Positions 18,936 through 28,570 of a stretch of 64,000 nucleotides of DNA are shown here, in pieces (position 1 is the first letter of the stretch; every line of letters begins with the position of its first letter). The DNA lies in the IMG/VR virus record IMGVR_UViG_3300042341_001047; one strand, given 5' to 3'. The notes under the pieces were generated by a model. It was given only the letters and a program-made list of their open reading frames with translations. It was not told the DNA's origin and searched no databases. This DNA comes from a virus. Both the position numbers and the translations under genes were made by a program.

Positions 18936-20601
18936 ATGCTTCTATTTTAATATTTATTCTCTTAATAGCATCTTGAATCCAATCCGGTAAAAAGTGCGAA
19001 CTATGTTTAATAACATCACCAAATGAACCATCAATTATAATAGTATCTGCATAATCTAAACTTGAACGAACAGGTCTACCAGTCATCTGAACTATACCAG
19101 AAACCGTTTTCCAAGAATACCATTCAGGATTATTCTTTTGTCTCAATTTATTCTTTTGAGAACCTAAACTAGGATATGGAACTTTAGCAATTATTTGAAA
19201 TCTAGCATCATCATTATCAAATGAAACACCAGTATCCATTGAAGGACTAACAATAACCGTTGGTTTATCAGACTCTTTGTGCATTTTTAAGACTTCATCT
19301 TTGTTAGTTGAATCATGAAAAATTAATCTTGGATCTTTTATCGATTGTTCAATCCATTTAGCTAATTCAAATGAGTTAGTATGTATGATACCTTTTTTAT
19401 TCTTATACTTATCTAATAGTTTCTTTATATAAGGAATGTATCTTTTAAATGTTTCTTCTTTAGATTTATAAGACATCTTACCAATAGGCATATAATAAAT
19501 AGGTCTATTCTTAACATTGAAAGGAGAAGCAATTGAATAATATACCGCTTTAGTAACATCTAATCCATTTAATTGGCAAAATAAATTCTTATCTAAAATA
19601 GTACCAGACATAAGAATAACCATATCATAATTAGCAAAGACATATTTATCTAAATAGTCATAAGCCCAAATAGGTTCTAATGATAATTCTTTTTGTTTTA
19701 ACTTTTCATTATAATATGTTTCTAATACCCAATTATTAGGATTATCTTTATACTCTTTCAGGAAGATTTCTATTTTCAATTGTAGTTGTCTAAGATCAGT
19801 AGCGAGTTGCATAGTCTTAACATCTGAATTTTTACCACCAATAACTTTATTGATTTTCAAATCTCTTTTATCTTGTCTAACATTTCTCGGAGCAGAAGAC
19901 ATACCCTTCTCCATTGATTCAATAGTTGTTAAAACCTCTCCGTTTAGATATCTTAGAAAGTCAACATACTGAGAAATAGAAGTAACTCCTTTGAGTTGTT
20001 TCATTATTGAATACTCATCACTAAACTTAAATCTTTTAATCATATTCTCAGTTATCTTAATAGTAATGAAGTCAGACATCACATCATCAAAGTCATGACA
20101 CTCATCAACTATCAAAACTCTAGCATCTCTATTCTCCATCAATTTAGGATTATAGATAGAATAAAGAATGTATAAATAGAAATTAGTAAGAGAAATACCA
20201 CCACTTATAAAAGACTCTCTTGAATAAGAATAAGGACAAGATTCACAAGTTGTTTTATTTAATCTATTGAACTCAGCACCTTGAGAACAAGAACAAGAAT
20301 ATTGCTCACACTCATAGTTTTCTTTACCTTTTAAGTCCGAGATAGACTCATATTCATTTGAGTATTGATCTTGTAGAATTTTACTATTAGTTATGATATC
20401 AACTTTAGCAGTTCTATTAACATTTTTTTTATACCAATCGGCAACCATAAGAGCTAAATGTGACTTTCCACTTCCAACTGGAAGATTAAGTAGAAAAAAC
20501 TTATTAAGTTTATTTTTATTATACTCGGTTTCGATGAAATTAAGAGCTTCTTTTTGCTCTTTTCTGGGCTTATATTTAGCCAAATCGTTTTTTAGTGACA
20601 T
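18934..20601 (-). CDS. DinG/XPD-family SF2 helicase
   Basis: PRKEQ Q-motif, PVGSGKS, VDECH, MSGT, KVPYP, QMTGRPVRS; Cys cluster (CEQYSCSC...CESCPY) compatible with Fe-S binding. Confidence 0.88.
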   Translation of the reverse strand: MSLKNDLAKYKPRKEQKEALNFIETEYNKNKLNKFFLLNLPVGSGKSHLALMVADWYKKNVNRTAKVDIITNSKILQDQYSNEYESISDLKGKENYECEQYSCSCSQGAEFNRLNKTTCESCPYSYSRESFISGGISLTNFYLYILYSIYNPKLMENRDARVLIVDECHDFDDVMSDFITIKITENMIKRFKFSDEYSIMKQLKGVTSISQYVDFLRYLNGEVLTTIESMEKGMSSAPRNVRQDKRDLKINKVIGGKNSDVKTMQLATDLRQLQLKIEIFLKEYKDNPNNWVLETYYNEKLKQKELSLEPIWAYDYLDKYVFANYDMVILMSGTILDKNLFCQLNGLDVTKAVYYSIASPFNVKNRPIYYMPIGKMSYKSKEETFKRYIPYIKKLLDKYKNKKGIIHTNSFELAKWIEQSIKDPRLIFHDSTNKDEVLKMHKESDKPTVIVSPSMDTGVSFDNDDARFQIIAKVPYPSLGSQKNKLRQKNNPEWYSWKTVSGIVQMTGRPVRSSLDYADTIIIDGSFGDVIKHSSHFLPDWIQDAIKRINIKIEA

Positions 20602-20710
20602 GAAAATTAGAAAATTTATAAAAATTATATCATTTTTTTCTATTTAGTTTAAGAAATAGGTTTTTTTGAGGTTTTTTATAAATATATAAGAAAAATACAC
20701 CTCTTTTATT

Positions 20711-20893
20711 ATGCTTTACATGGATTACGATGAGTTTAATATCTATACCACAATTGAAGATGTCGAAAGCTATGTAGAAATTCTTTTTTCTCAAGGATTT
20801 GAGTTGAAAGATGAGATATATAGTAAGTGTTTAAGTTACTTTGGAAATGACTTCAAACATTTAATAGACAGATTCTTTTATGACGAAGATTAA
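20711..20893 (+). CDS. small hypothetical protein
   Basis: 60 aa; AATATATA motif upstream; overlaps the next start. Confidence 0.5.
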   Translation: MLYMDYDEFNIYTTIEDVESYVEILFSQGFELKDEIYSKCLSYFGNDFKHLIDRFFYDED

Positions 20894-21527
20894 AAACTAC
20901 AATGAATATATAAATCAAAATGTTCTTTACATATTTGATTTTGACGACACGCTTGTTAATACACCAAGCTACGAGGAACTCGCTATCCAATTTTTAAAAG
21001 AAGACGTAACAATAAAAGATTTATTAAATCAATCGGTTAATAGAATAGGCGTTACATTAAATGATCTAAAGTGGCAAGACGGAAGAATCTATGTAATGGA
21101 TATCAATAAACAACTAAAAGAATTTGGCAACTGGGTAAGAAAAGGTGACAGAATGTATATGTTGTCTCCAAATTTATTTCACACATCTGATATAAGTTTA
21201 CCAAGTACATTAAAAAGTCTTTCTAAGTTATACAAATCAGTTGATAATAAATGTATAGTAACAGCTAGAGAGGAATCCATAAGAGATAAAATAACAAATA
21301 AATTATTAGAACTTGGACTAGAAATTCCTAAATATGGTTTACATATGGCACCAGTTGGTACTAAAAATGCAGGACATTGGAAAGGTGAGAAGATAGTTGA
21401 AATACTAAAAGAAACAGGATTCCAAAAAGCTATCTTCTATGATGATAATTCTAAATATATTAGAAAAGCAACTAAAGTAGTAAGAGAAAAGATGCCAAAT
21501 ATACAATTTGAACCAGTTAAGGTTTAA
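20880..21527 (+). CDS. HAD-superfamily phosphatase (RNA-repair 'Swiss army knife'-like)
   Basis: FDFDDTL motif I, VTAR motif II, K, FYDDN motif IV. Confidence 0.75.
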   Translation: MTKIKNYNEYINQNVLYIFDFDDTLVNTPSYEELAIQFLKEDVTIKDLLNQSVNRIGVTLNDLKWQDGRIYVMDINKQLKEFGNWVRKGDRMYMLSPNLFHTSDISLPSTLKSLSKLYKSVDNKCIVTAREESIRDKITNKLLELGLEIPKYGLHMAPVGTKNAGHWKGEKIVEILKETGFQKAIFYDDNSKYIRKATKVVREKMPNIQFEPVKV

Positions 21528-23053
21528 TATACTTCAGCTTCTAATCTTTTAATTTCATCCATTACTTCTTTTAACTCTTCTTTCTTATCCATCATCACTT
21601 TCTTAGCTTTCTTTCTATCAGCATAAACATCTTCCAACATAATCAACGTAGGTGACTTTCTTTTCTCAAATACAACACCATTGACACATAAAACATGTTG
21701 AGATAAATCTATAGGTCTTCCATTCGTACATTTAGATTTATCTTTCTCATCTTGAACTCCGACAAATGTTTCAGGAGCAATAAAGAATTGTCTTTGAGTA
21801 GTCGGATAAAGAGAAGCAAAGTCATAAGTAACACACCACTGATTCATACCAACCACCGGATCCTTAACCCAACCACCAGCAATTGTAGATTCAGCATCTC
21901 CTTTCTCATCTCTAAAAAGAACAATGTTTTCCATATCACGGAATTTGTTTCTTAAAACTCCTTCTGTAATAGCCAATGAGCCTAAAGCGTTATTCATTTG
22001 AGAGACAACATCAACAATTCTAATTTGAGCTAATGAAGAAATCGCATAAATAATTGAAATATAGTTACGAGCGTCGTGTATCTTCTGAACTAGAACACTA
22101 TCGACAGCGTTATAATACATAAAGGTTTCAAAGTCATCTTCATATAACTTTTGTAATGAACCGTTATACTTAATCTTTTCAACCCCAACTAACTTATTAG
22201 AAACGAAATCTAAAGATGATGATTCTTTTACTTTAATAGAAGTATCACAAATTTCATATAATTGCATATAATCGAAAATCATTCTATGAGCTGGTACCTC
22301 AAACTCAGTAGACCAAATCTTATTCATCTTTTTAGTTAAAGAAGAAACAGCTGGATCAATTTTATATTCTTTACCATTTACCCATTTAGAAATCTTTCTT
22401 GATCGGTTTACTAAATACAACCAGTCATATTGAAGGAAGTTCCATCCTGTTAGAATAGGCATCTTAGGAATCATCTTATAGAAGAAAGCATATAACATAT
22501 CAAATTCATCTTCATATTTGATATACTTGAATTTATAATCAGCTCCGAATTTTTCAAAATACTTGTTAGTATTATCCTTGATTCGTTGTTGCATATCTTC
22601 TGGCATTTCTTTAAGACCTAAAAGAATAATTTTGTCGTCATAAACAATAGATATAGATAGAACTTGAGTTGAAGCTCCTTCTTTTGTTACATTACCATTA
22701 ACGTCTTTAATATCAGCCGCTTCTGGGAAACCGTCAACGATTTCTGTTTCAATATCTATAAAGTAAATATTAGGTAAGTTAAACTCAAATATCTCATTCT
22801 TCTCAGATTCTGGAAGTGAGTCTAGGAACTCATAAATAGCATATCTATCTGGATGATTTACTTCTATCTGTTTAACGGATTTACCATCCCAAGATTTGAA
22901 TTCTGGATGTTTTTGAGGATCGTTATCTTCACAAGCCACATATTTCATTGGATCTTCCCAATTGTAATATTTTAGTTTTATATCACCAGACTTATCAACA
23001 TAACTTACTACTAGTTTTTTACTATTTGTTAGGTATTGTGTTTCTACGAGCAT
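21524..23053 (-). CDS. family B DNA polymerase, N-terminal half (exonuclease + motif A) of a split enzyme
   Basis: ExoI DIETE, ExoII TGWNFLQYD, ExoIII YNAVD, motif A YDFASLYPT; stops in the fingers helix with no motif B/C. Confidence 0.88.
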   Translation of the reverse strand: MLVETQYLTNSKKLVVSYVDKSGDIKLKYYNWEDPMKYVACEDNDPQKHPEFKSWDGKSVKQIEVNHPDRYAIYEFLDSLPESEKNEIFEFNLPNIYFIDIETEIVDGFPEAADIKDVNGNVTKEGASTQVLSISIVYDDKIILLGLKEMPEDMQQRIKDNTNKYFEKFGADYKFKYIKYEDEFDMLYAFFYKMIPKMPILTGWNFLQYDWLYLVNRSRKISKWVNGKEYKIDPAVSSLTKKMNKIWSTEFEVPAHRMIFDYMQLYEICDTSIKVKESSSLDFVSNKLVGVEKIKYNGSLQKLYEDDFETFMYYNAVDSVLVQKIHDARNYISIIYAISSLAQIRIVDVVSQMNNALGSLAITEGVLRNKFRDMENIVLFRDEKGDAESTIAGGWVKDPVVGMNQWCVTYDFASLYPTTQRQFFIAPETFVGVQDEKDKSKCTNGRPIDLSQHVLCVNGVVFEKRKSPTLIMLEDVYADRKKAKKVMMDKKEELKEVMDEIKRLEAEVY

Positions 23054-23123
23054 TTTTTAATTTCGATTTATATTTATAGACAAAAAAATAAAAAAGTTAT
23101 TTTATAAAAATTATTTAATAATA

Positions 23124-23155
23124 TTTGGAGAATTATAAAAGTTGCACTATATTTG
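23124..23155 (+). promoter_or_regulatory. Bacteroidota-type sigma70 promoter
   Basis: TTTG (23124) - 20 nt - TATATTTG (23148) upstream of 23190. Confidence 0.6.
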
Positions 23156-23189
23156 TATTATATAACAAACATATAAAGCCACTACAAAT

Positions 23190-23570
23190 ATGAAAACTGT
23201 AATACTTAAAGGACAAGAAATTAAAATCGGATCTGAAGTTCGTTTTATTGACGATAGAAATCTTTATTCAGATGTTAAAAATATCATCAAACCTGTTTTA
23301 GGAAATGTATATGTTGTTAGAGGATTCTCTAAAAACGGTGGATTTCTTTTAGAAGGAATTGAAAACCAAATTCACACATTTGCTGATATGAATGGTACAA
23401 TCTTCGATACTTGTGAACCAGGTTTTGGAGTTAACCGATTCGAACCAGCTACACCTCTTAAAAAGAGAAAAATTGTAAGAATTGAAATTCTACCTATGGT
23501 AGAAGAAAGACTTTATGTTCCAACTAAGAAAAAAACTAAAGTCAAAGAAGAAGAATTGGAATTGGCATAA
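23190..23570 (+). CDS. hypothetical (early) protein
   Basis: 126 aa; has its own host-type promoter and terminator. Confidence 0.65.
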   Translation: MKTVILKGQEIKIGSEVRFIDDRNLYSDVKNIIKPVLGNVYVVRGFSKNGGFLLEGIENQIHTFADMNGTIFDTCEPGFGVNRFEPATPLKKRKIVRIEILPMVEERLYVPTKKKTKVKEEELELA

Positions 23571-23600
23571 AAAAAGGGAAGTTTTTACTTCCCTTTTTTT
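23569..23600. terminator. bidirectional intrinsic terminator
   Basis: aaaaaagggaagt-tttt-acttcccttttttt. Confidence 0.85.
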
Positions 23601-23620
23601 ATTTTTATATCTTTTTTAAT

Positions 23621-24631
23621 TTATTTCTTAAAATTTCTCATTTTTTTAGAAGAAACACTTTCTACTGTAGATTTTGTTTGAGTAACATTACCAGAAACCT
23701 CAGCCATATTTGTGTTAAGAACTGCATGTAAGTCAGATGCGTTTATAAGATCTGTAATACTCATATTAAGTGGCTCTAAATAAGCTTTTAACACAGAGGC
23801 TAATCTACTGATACAATTATCAATTGCCTCAGCTTTAGCACCAGTATAACTAGTACTTCCTAAACCAATAGCACCTAATGCAACTAATGAACCACCAGCA
23901 GCAACTTCGTATCCTCCTCTTGGAGCTACAATGTCCCAACTAAAAGATCCGTGACTATATCCACCACCACCGGTAGATAGCCATTTATCAGGAGATTCTG
24001 CTTGAAATCTCATCATTCCAAACATTGCTAAACCAAAACCTAAAAGTAAAAGAGTTGGACCAGCAACAGTTACAGTTTTATCAACAAAATTTAACCATTT
24101 TGATTTTTTTGCTAAATCTTCAAAAATATGCTTAACATGAGCAATTTCTTCAGCAGTTGGTTTATAATCTATATAAGCTTCTTTATATTTACCAGTTCTA
24201 TCTTTATAAGTAACACCATAATAACCAATTGAGTATTCTTTAAAACTTTGAGCGACATACTCAGCACCAACTGGAATATCTCTCATACTACCTCTAAATT
24301 TAATTGAACCCGCTGTTAAAATTGGAAGTCTAGCAATAGCACTTTTCATTATAGAATCCATAGCAGCTGGATTAATTAAATCCTTACCTGTATAATTTTC
24401 TCTAATTTTTTCCTCAGGAAGATTTTGTGTTTCGGATTGAGCTTGTGCAGCTTGAATCATTTTATCTGAGATGTCTGATTTATTAGGATCCATAAGTTCA
24501 GCAGCATCAGCAGCAACGTCTTCAAGAGGCATTTCTTTTCTAGCTATATTTATTAGTTCCTCGGAGGAAACATTAGTTTCATTTTCGTAAACTTTTGAGA
24601 ATCCCTTAAAATTGTTAATTATTCTACTCAT
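23621..24631 (-). CDS. hypothetical membrane protein, possibly virion-internal
   Basis: Two hydrophobic segments; MSRIINNFKGFSKVYENE leader. Confidence 0.6.
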   Translation of the reverse strand: MSRIINNFKGFSKVYENETNVSSEELINIARKEMPLEDVAADAAELMDPNKSDISDKMIQAAQAQSETQNLPEEKIRENYTGKDLINPAAMDSIMKSAIARLPILTAGSIKFRGSMRDIPVGAEYVAQSFKEYSIGYYGVTYKDRTGKYKEAYIDYKPTAEEIAHVKHIFEDLAKKSKWLNFVDKTVTVAGPTLLLLGFGLAMFGMMRFQAESPDKWLSTGGGGYSHGSFSWDIVAPRGGYEVAAGGSLVALGAIGLGSTSYTGAKAEAIDNCISRLASVLKAYLEPLNMSITDLINASDLHAVLNTNMAEVSGNVTQTKSTVESVSSKKMRNFKK

Positions 24632-24681
24632 TTTTCTGGTTTATTTTTTATTATATATTTTATTTAAAAAGTCATTTTTTA

Positions 24682-25530
24682 TTAATTGAATGACAAATCT
24701 TCTTGTCTTATTTTTTGACCTTGTTCTTTTAATTTTTGAAGATACATTTTCTGAAAAGGAGACTCACCTTGAGTAAAGTCTTGATAATCTTTAACTTTAC
24801 TTTTTGTAAACTCATCCCATCCTGTTATTTTACTGATAAAACTTTTTGGTTTATACCCTGGAACATCTCTAACATCTTTCATAACCTTTATCTCAAGATT
24901 AACTTTCTTCTTAGATGCCCATATAAAAACAATCAGTATAACAATACTACAAACAGCAGTAATAATAGGACCAGCTGTAACACCCAAAGCAACTAAAGCA
25001 CTGGTGATTAGATTTGATAGGACTAATGAAATAGCTGATTTACCAGCAAGAGCTAAAATTTTATTAATACCAAACTTAAGTTTTAGACTTTTATCTTCTA
25101 ATCCATCTTCTGATTTTAATTTTTCTTTATCATCAGAAAAAGACCAACTTTTATCTGTAACAAAGTCTTTTAAACCAACAGAAATTTTGGAATAAAGATT
25201 TTTAACACTCTTAGCGCTCAAGTCAGACCACTCTAAATCTGAGTAATCTTTACTAAAAAGTAAATTTATTATTCTATTTAATTGAATCTTTGACATCTCA
25301 CCGATAGCTTCAAATAATTGAGCAAAATAATCTTTAAATTTTGATAATTTATTTTTTATCCAATCTATAAAAGAAGTAATTTTATCCCAAATAAATTCAC
25401 CAGTATCTGATATCCACTGACCAATATCAGAAATGACATCCTTCATACCTGGTATTGGATCTACCGGTAATGTAAACATATCCAATGTCTCATTTGTTGA
25501 GAAATCTTTATATGTATTTAAATATTCCAT
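24682..25530 (-). CDS. hypothetical membrane protein, N-terminus paralogous to 30210..30782
   Basis: NETLDMFTLPVDPIPG; two TM-like helices. Confidence 0.6.
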   Translation of the reverse strand: MEYLNTYKDFSTNETLDMFTLPVDPIPGMKDVISDIGQWISDTGEFIWDKITSFIDWIKNKLSKFKDYFAQLFEAIGEMSKIQLNRIINLLFSKDYSDLEWSDLSAKSVKNLYSKISVGLKDFVTDKSWSFSDDKEKLKSEDGLEDKSLKLKFGINKILALAGKSAISLVLSNLITSALVALGVTAGPIITAVCSIVILIVFIWASKKKVNLEIKVMKDVRDVPGYKPKSFISKITGWDEFTKSKVKDYQDFTQGESPFQKMYLQKLKEQGQKIRQEDLSFN

Positions 25531-25542
25531 AGATTATATATT

Positions 25543-25573
25543 AAAAAAAAAGAGGCTAAAAGCCTCTTTTTTT
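25543..25573 (-). terminator. intrinsic terminator
   Basis: aaaaaaaagaggct-aaa-agcctcttttttt. Confidence 0.75.
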
Positions 25574-26051
25574 AATAATCACAATCAAAATAATCAAGTA
25601 TTTCGTTTGTTCTACTATTGATAAATATCAATTCATCTCTTTTAACTAACTGATATTCATAGTGATTACCACTTTTGAATAAAGTTCTGATAAATGGAAT
25701 ATCTGTATTTTTATTTACATGTTCTTGGTTAACCATTAAACAAAGAACTTTTTTATCATCTTCTGGATTAAAATTAGTAATCTTCTCTAAATCATCGTGG
25801 TCTTTAGATAAACTTGTTTTATCATAACAAATAAACTTAGTTTCTAATTTCTCACCACTTGGCTTATAAGTCATAAATATATCATCACCTTCTTGAACAT
25901 CACATTCTTCTTTTAGATAAAGTCTAATCCAAATATAAACTTTTTGTTCTTCAATCACTTTCATATCAGGATCAGTATTCTTATCCCAATCTTTAACCTC
26001 TTCAGTATCGATTGTTTTTATTTGTTCAACTAAATTGTCATATCTTCCCAT
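25572..26051 (-). CDS. hypothetical protein
   Basis: 159-aa ORF in operon. Confidence 0.6.
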   Translation of the reverse strand: MGRYDNLVEQIKTIDTEEVKDWDKNTDPDMKVIEEQKVYIWIRLYLKEECDVQEGDDIFMTYKPSGEKLETKFICYDKTSLSKDHDDLEKITNFNPEDDKKVLCLMVNQEHVNKNTDIPFIRTLFKSGNHYEYQLVKRDELIFINSRTNEILDYFDCDY

Positions 26052-26065
26052 TTTTATAATTTTTT

Positions 26066-26275
26066 TTAATTTTGTCCAATATTTTTTAGATATTCCAAAT
26101 AATCTCTTTGAGTTGCCATTTTTGACATACTATCATGTAAAACTTTTATATACTTTTCAGTTGTAATTCTTTTCTTTTTATATAAAGAAGTGTGAAGTTC
26201 AATTGATTTAATAGATTCTCTGATAATTTTAACATTTACCGTTCCGGCTTCTTGCTTTTTACTTTTATTTTCCAT
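26066..26275 (-). CDS. small hypothetical protein
   Basis: 69-aa ORF in operon. Confidence 0.5.
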   Translation of the reverse strand: MENKSKKQEAGTVNVKIIRESIKSIELHTSLYKKKRITTEKYIKVLHDSMSKMATQRDYLEYLKNIGQN

Positions 26276-26290
26276 ATTATTATATATTTT

Positions 26291-27157
26291 TTATATACCT
26301 ATTTCTAGTTTAGTTGATAATTTTTTTATACCATCGATATTAAATATCGAAAAGTCATCAATTGTTATATCATAGAAGTTTTTATTAGAAGTCAATTCTA
26401 ATATTGGTTGAATCTCAATTGGATTTCTATTTAATATCTCAGCCAAACCATCAAAATGTCTATCATAGACATGAAGATTCTGAACAAAATGACAAAACTT
26501 ACCTACTTTATAACCTAAATGTGAAGCGACCATCATCTGCAAAGCCACATACTGAATCTTATTTATATATCCAGCCATAATGTAGTCATTACTTCTTTGA
26601 TTCAAAGTCATATCTAAATAAAAGAAATCACCTTCTTGGACATCACTAGTAGTTTTCTTACATCTACTTCTTCTTACAGACCAAATGGTTTCATAAGCAC
26701 AAGGATGTAATCCTTTAGTTTCAGCCATATCCGATTCTTGATACATATTCATTATATGTCTTCTTGAAAACGGATCCTCTTTCAAAGATTTTAATAACTT
26801 ATTCATTAAATCATATCTCTGAACAGTAGCTCCATATCTTTGACCAATAGTATCATCACCAACATTCCATTCATCCCACCAATTAATACCCATTTCTCTA
26901 GCAACTGCTAATGAGTTAGTTTGTTTTTGATAAATCCAAAGTATTTCTTTGATACCTGTTTTAATAGCTGTGTTTCTCAATGTAGTAATTGGAAATTCAC
27001 CTTTTGATAAATCATATTCCTCAAATACTTGTGTTATAAATTTAGAATGTGCTTTTTCACCATCTGCATATTTAGGTCGAGGATCCTCATCCCAAGTACC
27101 ATCACCTTGTGATATTCTATTTAAGTTATCTATGTAATATTTATCAGCCTTAATCAT
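26291..27157 (-). CDS. thyA: thymidylate synthase
   Basis: FPITTLR, EILWIY, FSRRH, LHPCAY (catalytic Cys), NQRSND, NLHVYDRH. Confidence 0.95.
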   Translation of the reverse strand: MIKADKYYIDNLNRISQGDGTWDEDPRPKYADGEKAHSKFITQVFEEYDLSKGEFPITTLRNTAIKTGIKEILWIYQKQTNSLAVAREMGINWWDEWNVGDDTIGQRYGATVQRYDLMNKLLKSLKEDPFSRRHIMNMYQESDMAETKGLHPCAYETIWSVRRSRCKKTTSDVQEGDFFYLDMTLNQRSNDYIMAGYINKIQYVALQMMVASHLGYKVGKFCHFVQNLHVYDRHFDGLAEILNRNPIEIQPILELTSNKNFYDITIDDFSIFNIDGIKKLSTKLEIGI

Positions 27158-27668
27158 TTAATATTGAATTTATTTTTTGTTCTCTTATAATAATTTTTAT
27201 AAAGTCATCACTATTATAAGATTCTCCTTCTGTCTTTAATAAAACTTTTTTTCTTTTTTCCTCATCACTATATTCATTGGTGATTTCTAAAAATTTTGAA
27301 TTTTCAGTAAATTTTAATTTATTAACATCTAAGCAAGTAAATATTTTTCTAACTTTTATATTCATAATATTATTAAATACCTCATCAGATATATAATCAG
27401 CATCATCAACTATAAGTAAATTATAATCTTTAATATCAATTATTTCGGTAGCCTTTTCAATTATTTTTAAATTATTATACTCAGATGAATTTAGAAAATC
27501 AAAACTATCAAACTCTTTCATCACACTTCTTAATTCTGAAAACTCAGAAGTAGCACCAATAAAAAATACTTTTAACCCATATTCTTTCAAAGCGATTGAA
27601 ATATCAATCAAAAACTGACTTCTACCCGAACCTCTTTCACCATATATAATATTTAATTCACCAGTCAT
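27150..27668 (-). CDS. degenerate P-loop NTPase-like protein with C-terminal REQKINSIL tag
   Basis: GERGSGRS (Walker A K->R), LLIVDD Walker B. Confidence 0.55.
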   Translation of the reverse strand: MTGELNIIYGERGSGRSQFLIDISIALKEYGLKVFFIGATSEFSELRSVMKEFDSFDFLNSSEYNNLKIIEKATEIIDIKDYNLLIVDDADYISDEVFNNIMNIKVRKIFTCLDVNKLKFTENSKFLEITNEYSDEEKRKKVLLKTEGESYNSDDFIKIIIREQKINSILND

Positions 27669-27699
27669 ATCTTTTATATTATGAGTTAATTAAAATGTT

Positions 27700-28485
27700 T
27701 TAGTATGGACAATTATCTTTCCACTTTTCAACATACCAGAAAGTTCTTCCGGTTTTGTCTTTACAAGATATTCCTTTTTGATAAAAAACCCACTTCCTAA
27801 ACTCTTCATAATCAGTATCAAATGGATTTTTCCAATCTTGTAACTGACCACCATTTAAATTATAAGCCATAATAGGAATGTCTCTACACATTGATAAAAT
27901 TTTTGTATTATCTTTAATGACTTTTCTGGCTTCTTCAAATGGATTAACATCTAAGTAATATAAAATAGTACTTCTTAAGTAATTACCAATTCCATTGAAA
28001 TACTTTTGGTCGAGTAAAGCCTCACAGATAGGCTTATCAAATACTTTCTTATCTAAATTATCAATTACATTGTTATAAAAGTCAGTGAACTCTTTTGTTG
28101 GATCTGGTCCTCTTTTAACACCAGTAAATCCACCAATTCTATATTTAGGACCCATGTAAGAACCATAAAGAAGTAATGAATATCCATCAGTAGTATCTAA
28201 TCTCATTCTAATAAACTTAGTATCACTCCAATTTTCGGTTGGAACCCACTTCCAGTTACCAGACATACCCATAAAAACCGATATTTTATGAATTTCAGAG
28301 CCATTATAAAATCTAATTATTAACTCTTTTCCAAAAGATTCAGCATCAACCTTAAACTCATTAAGAAGTTGAAATTGTTCAGGATTATTACCCTTTAATA
28401 CATGAAATGATTTATTGAAAGTTTTCTCTTTTACATTCTGATTAATATAATCAGACATAATCTTCAATTCTGCTAACTCTGGCAT
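27700..28485 (-). CDS. Fpg/Nei DNA glycosylase, NEIL1-like (zincless finger)
   Basis: N-terminal MPELAE, FGKEL, MGMSG, H2TH PICEALLDQKYFNGIGNYLR, C-terminal DKTGRTFWY without a 4-Cys finger. Confidence 0.88.
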   Translation of the reverse strand: MPELAELKIMSDYINQNVKEKTFNKSFHVLKGNNPEQFQLLNEFKVDAESFGKELIIRFYNGSEIHKISVFMGMSGNWKWVPTENWSDTKFIRMRLDTTDGYSLLLYGSYMGPKYRIGGFTGVKRGPDPTKEFTDFYNNVIDNLDKKVFDKPICEALLDQKYFNGIGNYLRSTILYYLDVNPFEEARKVIKDNTKILSMCRDIPIMAYNLNGGQLQDWKNPFDTDYEEFRKWVFYQKGISCKDKTGRTFWYVEKWKDNCPY

Positions 28486-28570
28486 AGATATAATTTTACT
28501 AAGGTTATATAAATTGAAAAAAAAAGGTTTATATTTTAATATATAACTATATTAAAAAAATAATTATAGT

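Noticed and set aside
12436-23053. Inteins or introns in nrdA, helicase or polymerase
   Set aside because: The insertions are short, lack C/S...HN ends and homing-endonuclease motifs, and no intron-sized gap follows the polymerase half
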